A stretch of DNA of 64,000 nucleotides. Origin: Methanocaldococcus sp. 28A. GTDB taxonomy: Archaea > AGJL01 > Methanococci > Methanococcales > Methanocaldococcaceae. Positions 10,911 through 22,015 of this stretch are shown piece by piece. Position numbers and translations under genes: made by a program. Location: the NCBI GenBank assembly GCA_049852185.1, contig CP187540.1. The stretch is one strand, 5' to 3'. How positions within the stretch are numbered: position 1 is the first letter of the stretch; the number at the start of each line of letters is the position of its first letter. The notes beneath the pieces are model-generated. The model was not told where the DNA came from, made no database searches, and worked only from the letters and a program-made list of their open reading frames with translations.

Positions 10911-10933
10911 AAAAGGCTTTAAAGGGAGATTAA

Positions 10934-11929
10934 ATGGACACTTATAAAAAAATAAAGCTTGGTATATTGGTAATTATCTTACTCATATTAATTGAATCAG
11001 TAATATTGATGACAGTTGAGGGTTGGGATTTCTTCACAGCTTTTTATACTGCAGTTGTTACAATCTCAACAGTTGGTTATGGAGATTACACACCAAAGAC
11101 ATTTATTGGAAAGCTCTCTATCATAATATACATATTTGCTGGGGTAGGAGCAGTTGCATATACTATGGGAAATATAGCAGGGTTTTTTATTGAGGGGCAT
11201 TTTAAAAAATACTTTAGGTTGAGAAAAATGATGGATAAAATCAAAAAACTAAACAACCATTATATAATATGTGGTTATGGAAAATTGGGAAAAGTTATAG
11301 TTGAAGAATTAAAAAAATGTGGAATTCCATTTGTAGTTATTGATTCAGATGAGAAAATATTGGAAGAAGCTCTTGAAAAAGACCCAAATCTTATATGTAT
11401 TGTAGGAGATGCCACATCAGACGATATTTTAAAAAAGGCAAAGATTGAAAAAGCTAAAGGATTAATTTCAGTAGTTACTTCAGATGCTGAAAATGTCTTT
11501 ATTACTCTTTCAGCAAAGAAGTTAAATCCAAATATTTATGTGGTAGCAAAAGCAGAAAAACCATCAACTCTTGATAAGTTAATAAAAGCGGGTGCTGATA
11601 GGGCTGTGTGTCCATATATAGTTGGAGGAATGGAAATTGCAAGAATTGCATTAAATCCAGATGTCGTTGAATTTATTCACTCCTTAGTAGCTACAGAAGA
11701 AGACATGGAAGTTAGGAGGTATATTTTAAAAAATAAAGAACTTGACAATAAACTTTTAAAAGATTCAAAAATTAGAGAAAAAACTGGAGCTACTATTTTA
11801 GCTATTAAAAAAGGAGATAGAATGATTACGAGTCCTCCTCCTGATACAGTAATTAATGTTGGAGATATAATATATGCTTTTGGTACTAAAGAACAGCTTG
11901 AGAAGTTAAAAAAATATGTTGAAGAATGA
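10934..11929 (+). CDS. RCK-gated 2TM potassium channel (MjK1-like)
   Basis: TVGYGD filter, GYGKLG RCK-N, TrkA-C. Confidence 0.9.
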   Translation: MDTYKKIKLGILVIILLILIESVILMTVEGWDFFTAFYTAVVTISTVGYGDYTPKTFIGKLSIIIYIFAGVGAVAYTMGNIAGFFIEGHFKKYFRLRKMMDKIKKLNNHYIICGYGKLGKVIVEELKKCGIPFVVIDSDEKILEEALEKDPNLICIVGDATSDDILKKAKIEKAKGLISVVTSDAENVFITLSAKKLNPNIYVVAKAEKPSTLDKLIKAGADRAVCPYIVGGMEIARIALNPDVVEFIHSLVATEEDMEVRRYILKNKELDNKLLKDSKIREKTGATILAIKKGDRMITSPPPDTVINVGDIIYAFGTKEQLEKLKKYVEE

Positions 11930-12102
11930 CATAAACATAACTAAAACTGGTAGTCCCAATGAAGTTGTGGGTTGAGGACTACTCATTTCCATAGCTGTCA
12001 GTTTGTATGATATGTTGTTAAATACTATGATAAACTATGGATTAGTTTGTAAGCTAAAATTATAAAAATATGAATACTATAAATGATTTTTCAAAAAATA
12101 TA

Positions 12103-12171
12103 TTAAATATGTGTAAAATAAAATAAGCTTTAAAAAGGAAATTTTAAATGCTTTCCTTTTGCACACAACTA
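12103..12171. mobile_element. Internally deleted, degenerate family A element
   Basis: Intact right TIR TTTTGCACACAACTA; left part matches the family A interior. Confidence 0.7.
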
Positions 12172-12212
12172 TAATAATTTATTTATTTATAATATTATTA
12201 TATATTTTGAAA

Positions 12213-12287
12213 TAGACTTTCGCAGTTTATGTAGTATCATCAACATCAAAAATGCTTTCCGGATATTTGTTCCTACGGAGAGCCCTA
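12213..12287. mobile_element. Degenerate family B MITE-like element
   Basis: Ends TAGACTTTCGCA ... CGGAGAGCCCTA resemble the IS701-like TIR. Confidence 0.5.
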
Positions 12288-12360
12288 TTTAAAAAACTTT
12301 TAAAAAACACCTATATTTTTACAAATAAAGTAAGCAAAGTAAGATTTACGGGGGATAATT

Positions 12361-13596
12361 ATGACAAAGAAAAAACAAGCTAAACAGGCAGAAGTAAATA
12401 TTGGAATGGTTGGACACGTTGACCATGGAAAAACAAGTTTAACAAAAGCATTAACAGGAGTTTGGACTGATAGGCATAGTGAGGAGTTGAGGAGAGGAAT
12501 TTCAATTAGATTAGGGTATGCTGATTGTGAGATAAGAAAATGCCCACAATGTGGAACTTACACAACAAAACCAAGATGTCCAAACTGTTTAGCTGAAACA
12601 GAGTTTTTAAGAAGAGTATCTTTTGTAGATTCTCCAGGACATGAAACATTGATGGCTACAATGCTCTCTGGAGCTTCTTTGATGGATGGGGCAATTTTGG
12701 TTATAGCTGCTAATGAACCCTGCCCACAACCTCAAACAAAAGAGCATTTAATGGCTTTGGAGATTTTAGGAATTGATAAAATTATTATTGTGCAAAACAA
12801 AATTGATTTAGTAGATGAAAAACAGGCAGAAGAAAATTATGAGCAAATAAAAGAATTTATTAAGGGAACTATTGCTGAAAATGCCCCTATAATTCCAATC
12901 TCTGCCCACCACGAGGCAAACATTGATGTTTTATTGAAGGCGATACAGGACTTTATTCCAACACCTAAAAGGGACCCTGACGCTACACCAAGAATGTATG
13001 TTGCAAGAAGCTTTGACATAAACAAACCAGGAACTGAGATTAAGGATTTAAAAGGGGGAGTTTTAGGAGGAGCAATTATTCAAGGAGTATTTAAAGTAGG
13101 GGATGAGATTGAAATAAGGCCTGGAATCAAAGTAACTGAAGGTAACAAAACATTCTGGAAACCATTAACTACAAAGATTGTTTCATTAGCCGCTGGAAAT
13201 ACCATACTTAGAAAAGCTCATCCAGGAGGTTTGATTGGTGTTGGGACTACATTAGACCCATATTTAACAAAATCAGATGCCTTAACTGGAAGCGTTGTTG
13301 GATTGCCTGGTACTCTACCACCAATTAGAGAAAAAATAACAATAAGAGCCAATTTGTTGGATAGAGTTGTAGGAACTAAGGAGGAATTACAGATAGAGCC
13401 ATTGAGAACTGGAGAGGTTTTAATGCTAAACATTGGAACTGCTACAACCGCAGGAGTTATAACATCAGCAAGAGGGGATATAGCAGATATAAAATTAAAA
13501 CTTCCAATATGTGCTGAGATTGGAGATAGAGTGGCTATAAGCAGAAGAGTTGGTTCAAGGTGGAGATTGATAGGTTATGGAACTATTGAGGCATAA
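12361..13596 (+). CDS. eif2g: Translation initiation factor aIF2 gamma
   Basis: [32 protein letters not shown] motifs. Confidence 0.97.
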   Translation: MTKKKQAKQAEVNIGMVGHVDHGKTSLTKALTGVWTDRHSEELRRGISIRLGYADCEIRKCPQCGTYTTKPRCPNCLAETEFLRRVSFVDSPGHETLMATMLSGASLMDGAILVIAANEPCPQPQTKEHLMALEILGIDKIIIVQNKIDLVDEKQAEENYEQIKEFIKGTIAENAPIIPISAHHEANIDVLLKAIQDFIPTPKRDPDATPRMYVARSFDINKPGTEIKDLKGGVLGGAIIQGVFKVGDEIEIRPGIKVTEGNKTFWKPLTTKIVSLAAGNTILRKAHPGGLIGVGTTLDPYLTKSDALTGSVVGLPGTLPPIREKITIRANLLDRVVGTKEELQIEPLRTGEVLMLNIGTATTAGVITSARGDIADIKLKLPICAEIGDRVAISRRVGSRWRLIGYGTIEA

Positions 13597-13622
13597 TCCT
13601 ATTATTAAAATTTGAGGGATTA

Positions 13623-14708
13623 ATGATGATTGAATATCTCTTAAAAAATAAAGAACGGATTATCAAAAAAATGGAAAAAATTAATAAAATATCCTACAAC
13701 ATCAATGAATATTGGATTGAAGATAATTTTGATGATTCAGTTGAGATGAACTTTGCTGGTGGAGATGGGAGCTATAATCATATTGACTATATCTCATTTT
13801 CATTTTTTTGTGTTGGAGCAGTTAGTTTTATCCACAAAATTGGAGAAAAAGTCAAAAAAACTAAAGATAGCTACATTTTTGACATTTCTCATCCATTAGA
13901 TATTGAAAATAGATTAAGAACTTATATGCTCACTTTGGAGTTAAAAACTGCTTTCCATGTTTTAAAAAATTATGATGTTGATTATTATCTTTTGGACGGT
14001 TCATTATTCTCCCTGCTAATCTTTGCAAAGACTAACATTGATAAAGCAGATAAAGATAGGTTTAATTCTATATACAAAGAATATAAAAAAGAATTAGATA
14101 AACATATCGAAGAAGAGATAAAAACTGGAGATATTGGTGTTATATCAAAAGATTTAGAATTGGATAGAGATGAAAAATTATTAGTTGAGCATGCTGAGTA
14201 TATATTAACATTAACTAATCTTTTAAAAGAATATAAAGATAAACTAATTGGTATTTCAAAAACATCTAAGATAAATATTTATTTTAATGCTGAAATACCA
14301 GATATTGCTGTTTTCACAAAATTTACCAATAAAGAAGGTTATTCTATTCCAATAAACTTTATAGAAATGATAGGAGATAAAAAAGGAGAAGGACATAGTC
14401 AATTAAGTAGTATAATGAAGGGAATAAACTTTATAAGTAAATATGATGGGAATATTGAAACAGCATACATACAGTTTGTAAGATTGGAGAATAACTGTGG
14501 AGTTGTGGGAATAACAAGCTTTAATAAAATAAATAAAGAAGTCTTATCTGCACTAAAGCAAATATCTATTAACGGCTATCCCTATATATTAAAAAAATCT
14601 CATGAAACTGTTGAGATAACTAATAAAAAATTGCAGGCAATTGCAAAAATGCTTAATATTGATGACCCAATTGCAAGACACATTTTAGGAAAAAGAAAAA
14701 AATTCTAA
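13623..14708 (+). CDS. nurA: NurA-family DNA double-strand-break repair nuclease
   Basis: GGDGS, LDGSL, GISKTS, GYPYILxxxH motifs. Confidence 0.85.
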   Translation: MMIEYLLKNKERIIKKMEKINKISYNINEYWIEDNFDDSVEMNFAGGDGSYNHIDYISFSFFCVGAVSFIHKIGEKVKKTKDSYIFDISHPLDIENRLRTYMLTLELKTAFHVLKNYDVDYYLLDGSLFSLLIFAKTNIDKADKDRFNSIYKEYKKELDKHIEEEIKTGDIGVISKDLELDRDEKLLVEHAEYILTLTNLLKEYKDKLIGISKTSKINIYFNAEIPDIAVFTKFTNKEGYSIPINFIEMIGDKKGEGHSQLSSIMKGINFISKYDGNIETAYIQFVRLENNCGVVGITSFNKINKEVLSALKQISINGYPYILKKSHETVEITNKKLQAIAKMLNIDDPIARHILGKRKKF

Positions 14709-14725
14709 CACAATGGAGGGAGATA

Positions 14726-16681
14726 ATGAAGTATTTAATAACTACCGCCTTAGCATACACAAACGGTCCTCTACACTTGGGTCATGCAAGAAGCACCTAC
14801 ATTCCAGCAGATATTATGTATAAATATTTAAAGTTGAGAGGAGATGATGTTATCCATATAGGTGGAACTGACAATCATGGGGTTCCAATAACATTAACTG
14901 CTGAGAAAGAAGGAAAAAGTCCAGAAGAAATTGTTGAAAAATACCATAATGAGATTAAAGAAGATTTAGATTTATTAGGAATAGAGTTTGATGCTTTTGG
15001 AAAGACTCACAGCCAAATACATATAGAAACAGCTCAGGAATTTTATTTAAAATTGAAAGAAAACGGCTATATATATGAAAAAGAGATAGAGCAATTTTAC
15101 TGCCCAAACTGTAAAAAATTCTTGCCAGATAGGTATGTTGAAGGAATCTGCCCATACTGTGGAGGGGAAGCAAGAGGAGACCACTGTGAGGTCTGTGGAA
15201 GACACTTAGAACCGTTTGAGTTGAAAGAGCCATACTGCGTTATCTGTAAAGAGAAGCCCGAGATTAAGAAAACAAAACATTACTTCTTTAAGTTAAGTGC
15301 TTTAAAAAAGGAATTAGAGGAATATATAAAAAATGCAGAGGAAATGCCAGAGCATGTTAAAAATATGGCATTAAATTGGATTAAAGAGTTGCATGATTGG
15401 GACATTTCAAGGGACATAAGCTGGGGTGTCCCAATTCCTGGTACTAATCAGGTAATGTATGTTTGGTTAGAGGCACCTATTGGCTATATCTCATTTACAA
15501 AAATGTTGGGAGATGTTTGGAAGAAATATTGGTTAGAGAAAGATACAAAGATTTATCACTTCATAGGGAAGGATATAACTGTCCATCATGCTGTATTTTG
15601 GCCAGGAATGTTAATTGCTCATGGTTCCTTTAATTTGCCAACAGCAGTTATTAGTGGAGGTTATTTAACTTTAGAAGGAAGAAAAATGAGTACAAGCAAA
15701 AGATGGGTAGTTTGGGTTAAAGATTTTGTAAAACACTTTGATGCTGATTATTTAAGGTATTATTTAATCATGTCAGCTCCATTGTTTAAAGATTGCGATT
15801 TCTCATTTGACGATTTCAAAAATAAGATAAATAATGAGCTAATTAATATAATTGGAAACTTTACTCACAGAGTTTTAACATTCACACATAGAAAGTTTAA
15901 AAAAGTGCCTATTGTTGATGAAAACAGATTAAAAGAGGAAGATAAAGCTTTATTGAAAAAATGTGAAAAAACTATTGAGGTAGTGGATAAAAACATAAGG
16001 AGCTTTAAGTTTAGAGATGCTTTAGTTAGTATATTACATCTTGCTATTGAAGGAAACAGCTACTTCCAAAAGATGGAACCATGGGCAGTTAAAGATGAAG
16101 AAAGATTAGAGGAAATATTATATACCTGCTGTAAGACAGTAAAAACTCTCTCCTATTTGTTATATCCATACATGCCAAGAAAATCTTCTGAACTCTTAGG
16201 ATTAATGAATGAAGAACTTGATTTGAATTTGAGAGGACATGAGCTGAAAAAACCAAAGATTATATTTAAAAAGATAGATGATAAAAAGATAGAAGAGATT
16301 AAGAAAAAACTTTATGAAAATAAAATAGAAGAAAATGAAGGAGGAGAAAAAATGGAGCAAATAGATATAAGTTATTTAGAAAAGATAGATTTGAGAGTAG
16401 GAGAAATTGTTGAAGCTGAAGATATAGAAAAATCTAAAAAGTTGTTAAAATTAATTGTTGATTTAGGAGATGAAAAAAGACAGATAGTTTCAGGAATTAA
16501 AAACTACTATAAACCAGAAGAATTAGTTGGTAAAAAAGTTATAGTTATCTGCAACTTAAAACCAGCTAAATTGTGTGGTGTTTTATCTGAAGGAATGATT
16601 TTAGCAGCTGAAGATGATGAAGGAAATGTTAGCTTATTAACTATTGATAAAGACATAAAAATAGGTAGTAAGGTTAGATAA
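14726..16681 (+). CDS. metG: Methionyl-tRNA synthetase
   Basis: HLGH, KMSTS, zinc knuckles, C-terminal tRNA-binding domain. Confidence 0.97.
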   Translation: MKYLITTALAYTNGPLHLGHARSTYIPADIMYKYLKLRGDDVIHIGGTDNHGVPITLTAEKEGKSPEEIVEKYHNEIKEDLDLLGIEFDAFGKTHSQIHIETAQEFYLKLKENGYIYEKEIEQFYCPNCKKFLPDRYVEGICPYCGGEARGDHCEVCGRHLEPFELKEPYCVICKEKPEIKKTKHYFFKLSALKKELEEYIKNAEEMPEHVKNMALNWIKELHDWDISRDISWGVPIPGTNQVMYVWLEAPIGYISFTKMLGDVWKKYWLEKDTKIYHFIGKDITVHHAVFWPGMLIAHGSFNLPTAVISGGYLTLEGRKMSTSKRWVVWVKDFVKHFDADYLRYYLIMSAPLFKDCDFSFDDFKNKINNELINIIGNFTHRVLTFTHRKFKKVPIVDENRLKEEDKALLKKCEKTIEVVDKNIRSFKFRDALVSILHLAIEGNSYFQKMEPWAVKDEERLEEILYTCCKTVKTLSYLLYPYMPRKSSELLGLMNEELDLNLRGHELKKPKIIFKKIDDKKIEEIKKKLYENKIEENEGGEKMEQIDISYLEKIDLRVGEIVEAEDIEKSKKLLKLIVDLGDEKRQIVSGIKNYYKPEELVGKKVIVICNLKPAKLCGVLSEGMILAAEDDEGNVSLLTIDKDIKIGSKVR

Positions 16682-16759
16682 AAGTTAGATAAAATAAAAA
16701 ATTAATTATATCTTAATCTAAAGGATGAATGGTCTTTAAATTCATATTAGATTCATATT

Positions 16760-16827
16760 TAGACTTTTGCGGGAATAACTAATAATGAACTTTGAGGCTT
16801 TTAGCATCATGAATACCTTAAATGAAA
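16760..16827. mobile_element. Left half of a family B element interrupted by IS701-like copy 2
   Basis: Begins TAGACTTTTGCGG; matching right ends at 17975-17987 and 18029-18041. Confidence 0.55.
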
Positions 16828-17962
16828 TAGGACTTTTGCAAGCATATTTAAATATTTTATTATAACATTTCATGATAATCTATTTTTATTAGATATTATA
16901 ATTTTTCGAAACAAAAAGTTTATTTTGGGGAAAATATGCTAAAAATGTCGAGGACTATCGTTTATATGCTTTTTATATTACTTTCAGAGATTAATTCGTG
17001 TGTAGAGTTATCGAAAACGTTGCGTATTTTCGGAATCGACATATCTCACGATACAATAAATAGAATACTTTGGGAAGAAGGAATCTTCCCACAAGAAAAG
17101 CTTTTTAATTTCGTTAAAGATTTTATCACTCCTGATTATAATATTGTCGTTATAGATGACTTTGTTATAGATAAAATTTACTCTAAATCGACTGAATTTG
17201 CTTATTATTGTTGGAGTAATCTACATAAACGAGTAATTAAAGGCATACATATTGTTGATTGCATAATTACAAATGGAAAACATATTATTCCAATCGATTT
17301 TAGAGTATATGACAGACCAAGAGATGGAAAGACGAAAAATAATTTATGTAGGGAGATAATAAAGTCTTTAGTGGATAAAGGATTAAATATTAGATATATC
17401 TGTTTCGATAGTTGGTATTCAAGTAAAGATAACTTAAAACTTATCGATAGTTTAGGTTTATTCTACCTCTGCAGAATTAAAAGGAATAGAAAGGTAAAAC
17501 TCTCCAAAAACGGAAAGTGGGTATCAATCGAAGACATTAAGGAAATTCCTAAGAATGGATTAATCGTTTATCTACGAAAAGTTGGCTATGTCAGACTCTT
17601 CTGCCTTTCCAAAAACGGAAAGGCAAAATATTATATAACTAATAACCTATTTATGAGTTTCGAAGAATTCCAAGAGGTCAAAAACGCCTCTTGGAGAATC
17701 GAGGAATTCCATAGGGGTGTTAAACAGTGCTGTAATACAGGCAATTTCTTCGTTAGAAAAAAATTTCCAATTTTAGGTCATATCTCCCTTTCTATGAGAG
17801 CCTTCTACCTCTTAGAGAAAATTAGAATCGATAAAAATATCAGTTGGTACGAACTTAGAAGAAAACTAAATCGAATAGCCGTTGGTAATGCCATAATCTC
17901 TTTGTGTGAAGAAATTGGTTTATCGTTAATCTAAGTATTTAAATGTGGATGCGAAAGTCCTA
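16828..17962 (+). mobile_element. IS701-like insertion sequence, copy 2 (1135 bp), 5-bp TSD TGAAA
   Basis: TIRs TAGGACTTTTGCA / TGCGAAAGTCCTA; TGAAA at 16823-16827 and 17963-17967. Confidence 0.93.
16936..17934 (+). CDS. IS701-family DDE transposase
   Basis: Differs from copy 1 at two residues I could see. Confidence 0.9.
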   Translation: MLKMSRTIVYMLFILLSEINSCVELSKTLRIFGIDISHDTINRILWEEGIFPQEKLFNFVKDFITPDYNIVVIDDFVIDKIYSKSTEFAYYCWSNLHKRVIKGIHIVDCIITNGKHIIPIDFRVYDRPRDGKTKNNLCREIIKSLVDKGLNIRYICFDSWYSSKDNLKLIDSLGLFYLCRIKRNRKVKLSKNGKWVSIEDIKEIPKNGLIVYLRKVGYVRLFCLSKNGKAKYYITNNLFMSFEEFQEVKNASWRIEEFHRGVKQCCNTGNFFVRKKFPILGHISLSMRAFYLLEKIRIDKNISWYELRRKLNRIAVGNAIISLCEEIGLSLI

Positions 17963-18129
17963 TGAAATATAAATTGTGAAAGTCTTATAGTTTTTAAGAC
18001 TTCAATTCATGCATTAAACATTTATTTCTGTGAAAGTTCTATGCTAAAAATAAACAATAGCTCCCTTAGGAGAAACTTTTTTATATGTAAAAAGAGATTT
18101 TTCAGCTGATGCATTAGTGGTGATTATTT

Positions 18130-18432
18130 ATGGACATTACTCAATTCTTTCCAGATATAGGTAGTGGATTTATTATTGGATTTGTAGTAGGATGGGCAGC
18201 AAAAAAGGCAATAAAGGTGGTAGTATTCTTAATAGGTGTTTATATATTAAGCTTACTTTACTTGGCTAAAATAGGTGTTATAAGTATTAATAAAGAGGCA
18301 TTTTCAGCATTACTTGGAAATCTTGAAAACTCAATATTGGTTTTTGGGAATAAGCTTATAGGTTTAATTCATTCATTTTCATTTGGAACTTCATTTCTTG
18401 TAGGTTTTGGATTGGGATTTAAAAAAGGCTAA
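18130..18432 (+). CDS. FUN14-family membrane protein
   Basis: [10 protein letters not shown]...GFGLGFKKG pattern. Confidence 0.8.
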   Translation: MDITQFFPDIGSGFIIGFVVGWAAKKAIKVVVFLIGVYILSLLYLAKIGVISINKEAFSALLGNLENSILVFGNKLIGLIHSFSFGTSFLVGFGLGFKKG

Positions 18433-18447
18433 AAAATTTTAAATTTT

Positions 18448-18795
18448 TTATTTTTCTAATTCTACTACATCAACAGGCTCTAATGGAATATTCTTTAAAA
18501 CTTTTCCAATTGTTGCTTTAGCTATTCTTATAGCATGCTCTGGGCTTTCAGCGTTAAAGACTTTCATAGATAACAAAACACCAACTAATGCAGTTCTTGC
18601 TACAACTAATACACAATCTACAAGTTCTCCACATTTTGGACATATTGTTAATCCAATATCTATATCCACATAGTTTAATCCTTCTCTATTCAACATTTTA
18701 CCTATTTGGGATATTGTTACACTAATAGCATCTTCTACATCATCTACATTTCTCACAATATATGCAGCTTGTAAAGTTACATGATAATTCGGCAT
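18448..18795 (-). CDS. DUF555 / UPF0212 protein
   Basis: CPxCG and KVFNAESxEHAxRIAK. Confidence 0.8.
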   Translation of the reverse strand: MPNYHVTLQAAYIVRNVDDVEDAISVTISQIGKMLNREGLNYVDIDIGLTICPKCGELVDCVLVVARTALVGVLLSMKVFNAESPEHAIRIAKATIGKVLKNIPLEPVDVVELEK

Positions 18796-18906
18796 TGTCT
18801 CTCACCAACAACAAAAAATCTCATTTTATTTAAAACGTTAGCTCTTTGTTAATTACCTTATTTAGGGCTTTACTATTATTTAAAGTTATTGTTTGATAAG
18901 TTTAAA

Positions 18907-18998
18907 TAGGACTTTCGCACTTTATATGCTATATAAGGAACTTTGGCACCTAAAGGTGTCTATATTTAATCAAAAAATTTATCTCTGCAAAAGTTCTA
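18907..18998. mobile_element. Family B MITE (92 bp) with IS701-like ends
   Basis: TAGGACTTTCGCA ... TGCAAAAGTTCTA; flanks TTAAA / TTCAA; central hairpin GGCACC-TAAA-GGTGTC. Confidence 0.85.
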
Positions 18999-19020
18999 TT
19001 CAATAAGGTATTTTATAGGG

Positions 19021-19908
19021 ATGAATATGATAGAAAAAGCAGAGATTTTAATGGAAGCTCTTCCATTTATACAGAAATTTTATGGAAAGACTTTTGTTAT
19101 AAAGTATGGCGGTCATGCAATGATTGATGAAAAGGCTAAAAACTGGACTGCTCAAGATGTAGTTTTGTTGAAGTATGTTGGAATAAATCCAGTAGTTGTT
19201 CATGGAGGAGGGCCAGAGATTAATAAAGCTATGGAAAAGATGGGAAAGAAGCCAGAGTTTATTCATGGTTTAAGAGTTACTGATGAGGAAACGTTAGATA
19301 TTGTTGAAATGGTCTTAGCTGGAAAAATTAATGGTGATATTGTCTCTAAATTATCAAAATTTGGTGGAAGGGCTGTTGGATTATCTGGAAAATCTGGAAG
19401 GATTATAATAGCAAAGAAAAAAATAAAATATATTAAAAATGAGAATGGGGAAGAAATAGCTGTAGATTTAGGTAGAGTTGGAGAAACAGTAGAGGTAAAT
19501 ACAGAATTATTGGAAATTTTAATAAATAATGGATACATTCCTGTTATATCACCAATTGGTTTGGATGAGAAAGGAGAAGCATATAATTTAAATGCCGATA
19601 CCGTTGCTGGAGATATAGCGGGAGCTTTAAAGGCTGAAAAGCTTATTTTAATAACAGATGTTGATGGAATAATGGATGATATAAATAATCCAGAGACACT
19701 ACATAGAAAATTAACAGCTTCTGAGTTAAAAGAGATGATAAAAGATGGGAGAATAAAGGGAGGTATGATACCTAAGGCTGAAAGTGCTTTATATGCATTA
19801 GAGCATGGTGTTAAAAGTGTTCATATAATAAATGGAAAAATTCCTCACGCTCTATTGTTGGAAATATTTACAGAGGAAGGTATTGGAACTATGATAACAA
19901 AAGATTAA
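19021..19908 (+). CDS. argB: Acetylglutamate kinase
   Basis: IKYGG, VHGGGPEI, GLRVTD, NLNAD, GGMIPK. Confidence 0.97.
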   Translation: MNMIEKAEILMEALPFIQKFYGKTFVIKYGGHAMIDEKAKNWTAQDVVLLKYVGINPVVVHGGGPEINKAMEKMGKKPEFIHGLRVTDEETLDIVEMVLAGKINGDIVSKLSKFGGRAVGLSGKSGRIIIAKKKIKYIKNENGEEIAVDLGRVGETVEVNTELLEILINNGYIPVISPIGLDEKGEAYNLNADTVAGDIAGALKAEKLILITDVDGIMDDINNPETLHRKLTASELKEMIKDGRIKGGMIPKAESALYALEHGVKSVHIINGKIPHALLLEIFTEEGIGTMITKD

Positions 19909-19986
19909 AGTTTTTAGTCATTAAAAAGTCTATTAGCTAATTTTTTATATCTATTTTTTTAAAAACCTTATAAAAATAAAATTTTT

Positions 19987-20448
19987 TTGGTTGATAATAT
20001 GATTATTCTTTTAGATTTAAATGGAACAATAGCTACCGATGGGAAAATAAAAGAAGGTGTTAAAGAAAGATTAGCTACTTTAAAAGAAAAAGCAGAAATA
20101 TACATTTTATCAGCCGATACTTTTGGAACTTTAAAGGATATTGCAAATGATTTGAATGTTAAAGGAATAAAAGTAGATAGAGAAAAATATGGTAGTGAAA
20201 AAATAGCTAAACTAAAAATTTTAGAAGAGTTAAAAAATCAAAATCCTAACAAAAAAATTATTGCTATTGGTAATGGAAATAATGATGAACTGTTATTAAA
20301 AAATGCTGATTTAGGAATTTGCGTTATTGGTGATGAAGGAGCTTGGAGCAAAACAATATTAAGCTCAGATATTGTCGTTAAAGACATAATAGATGCCCTT
20401 GATTTGATATTAAAGGAAAATAGGATGAAAGCAACAATTAGAGATTAA
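19987..20448 (+). CDS. HAD-superfamily hydrolase (soluble P-type ATPase-like)
   Basis: DLNGT, SADTFG, GNGNND motifs; start probably ATG ~19999. Confidence 0.8.
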   Translation: MVDNMIILLDLNGTIATDGKIKEGVKERLATLKEKAEIYILSADTFGTLKDIANDLNVKGIKVDREKYGSEKIAKLKILEELKNQNPNKKIIAIGNGNNDELLLKNADLGICVIGDEGAWSKTILSSDIVVKDIIDALDLILKENRMKATIRD

Positions 20449-21593
20449 ATTAATATATCAAAAACCTTCTCGGCTGTCTTGGAAGTTAATTCATAGATTG
20501 TTATAGCTGCATCAGATATCTGTTTTAAGCTAACTGTTGGCTTTGTATTTATGCATATAGAATAAATTTTTGTCTTTCTTTTCATTTTTTCTTCTTTAAT
20601 TTTTTCTAAAAACTCTAAAGATATTTCGCACTCTCCATCTGTTATAAGGACAATATCTCCATTAAATTTTAATGCCTCTCTCAATGGTTTTTCAAAATTA
20701 GTTCCACCACCATAAAATACAGAGGCAAATTCTAAAATTTCTTCAAAAGATACCTTTTTTTCATAAATCTTTATATCCCTAACACCATCGTCAAATAATA
20801 TTGCTATATATCTCTTATTTCTTTTTAAAGATATATCCATTAAGCAGAGAGCAATAGCCTTTGCCCAAATTTCTTTGTTCCCTCTCATAGAGCCACTTAA
20901 ATCTAAACAAACTATGAAGTCTCCACAGTTTTCATTATTTTTCAATATCTTATAATTTAAAAGTCTATTTTCATTGTATCTCCTTAACAAATCAATAAAA
21001 AGGGTTTCTTCAGCAAAGTTTCTATACTCTGAAGAGAGCAGATTTATTAAATTATTTCCAAAGTTTATTGAGTATTTTTCTCCTGAGAAGTGTTTAATTT
21101 TTGTTTTATACTTCTTTATAGTTATTCTTCTAAACTTCCCTAAAATTTTTACAAACTCCTTTAATTTATTGTTTTTTAATAATTTTTCAGTCAATTCTAA
21201 TTTTTTCTTTGGGTCAGAATGGCTTTTATATCCTTCTCCTCGACCACAAGTGCTGAAAGATGATGTTATGCTTTCCATATAGCTTTCAAGCTCATCTAAC
21301 AACTCATCTATATCTTCCTCTTTACTTTTTTCCTTATGCTCTTTAAATTTCTCACAAAAAAATTCAGTGGCAATTAATGAATAATTTTCATCTAATGTAG
21401 TTATTGATTTTATATTTTTAAATCTTCTATCTCTTATAATTTTTTTAATTAAATCATTTTCTTCCAAAATCTCAATTTCATATTTAAAGAATAGATAAAA
21501 TATCATCTCTGTTTCTTTTTCACTTATATGAAAAGTTATTTTATCTTTACACCTTTCCCAAACCATCTTGTCATACTTATCATATCTAATCAT
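20445..21593 (-). CDS. VWA-domain protein (ViaA-like)
   Basis: MIDAS DLSGSM...GGT...TDG. Confidence 0.85.
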   Translation of the reverse strand: MIRYDKYDKMVWERCKDKITFHISEKETEMIFYLFFKYEIEILEENDLIKKIIRDRRFKNIKSITTLDENYSLIATEFFCEKFKEHKEKSKEEDIDELLDELESYMESITSSFSTCGRGEGYKSHSDPKKKLELTEKLLKNNKLKEFVKILGKFRRITIKKYKTKIKHFSGEKYSINFGNNLINLLSSEYRNFAEETLFIDLLRRYNENRLLNYKILKNNENCGDFIVCLDLSGSMRGNKEIWAKAIALCLMDISLKRNKRYIAILFDDGVRDIKIYEKKVSFEEILEFASVFYGGGTNFEKPLREALKFNGDIVLITDGECEISLEFLEKIKEEKMKRKTKIYSICINTKPTVSLKQISDAAITIYELTSKTAEKVFDILI

Positions 21594-21637
21594 TTTTTCA
21601 CCATAATACTAAATTTAAGATAAATCATAAAATATAT

Positions 21638-21662
21638 ATACTATTTTATACAAAAGTATTAC
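21638..21662. promoter_or_regulatory. Putative RHH-regulator operator ATACT-N12-AGTAT
   Basis: Same inverted repeat and spacing as 24143-24168. Confidence 0.5.
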
Positions 21663-21673
21663 AAGGTGGAATT

Positions 21674-22015
21674 ATGGAAGTAAATCTTCTAAATATATCT
21701 ATAAAACCTCCAATAAAAATCCCTAAGAATAGAACTGTAGAGCTAAATGTTGATTGGTACATTGAGTATAAAAAAATGGACGCAAAAAAATTTAATTTTG
21801 TGTGTAATATTAAAGCCTATGGGGAGTTTTCTTTTGAAGCTTATATTGAAGGGGAAATAAATACTGAAAAAGATTATGATATTATTCCTGAATATGTGTC
21901 AGTAAGTATCATTGAAAATTTAATGAAATCTATTCCTAAGCTAATTGGCTATGCTCAACAATTTAGAATTGAAGAAAATATTTTTGTTAATCAGCCCGTA
22001 TCTTTTGCATCATAA
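21674..22015 (+). CDS. Hypothetical protein
   Basis: 113-aa ORF with GGTGGA RBS. Confidence 0.7.
   Translation: MEVNLLNISIKPPIKIPKNRTVELNVDWYIEYKKMDAKKFNFVCNIKAYGEFSFEAYIEGEINTEKDYDIIPEYVSVSIIENLMKSIPKLIGYAQQFRIEENIFVNQPVSFAS

Noticed and set aside
11950-12010. Small hairpin GTAGTCC..GGACTAC after the K+ channel gene
   Set aside because: Single copy, no clear C/D or H/ACA boxes and no match to families A-C; too weak to call.
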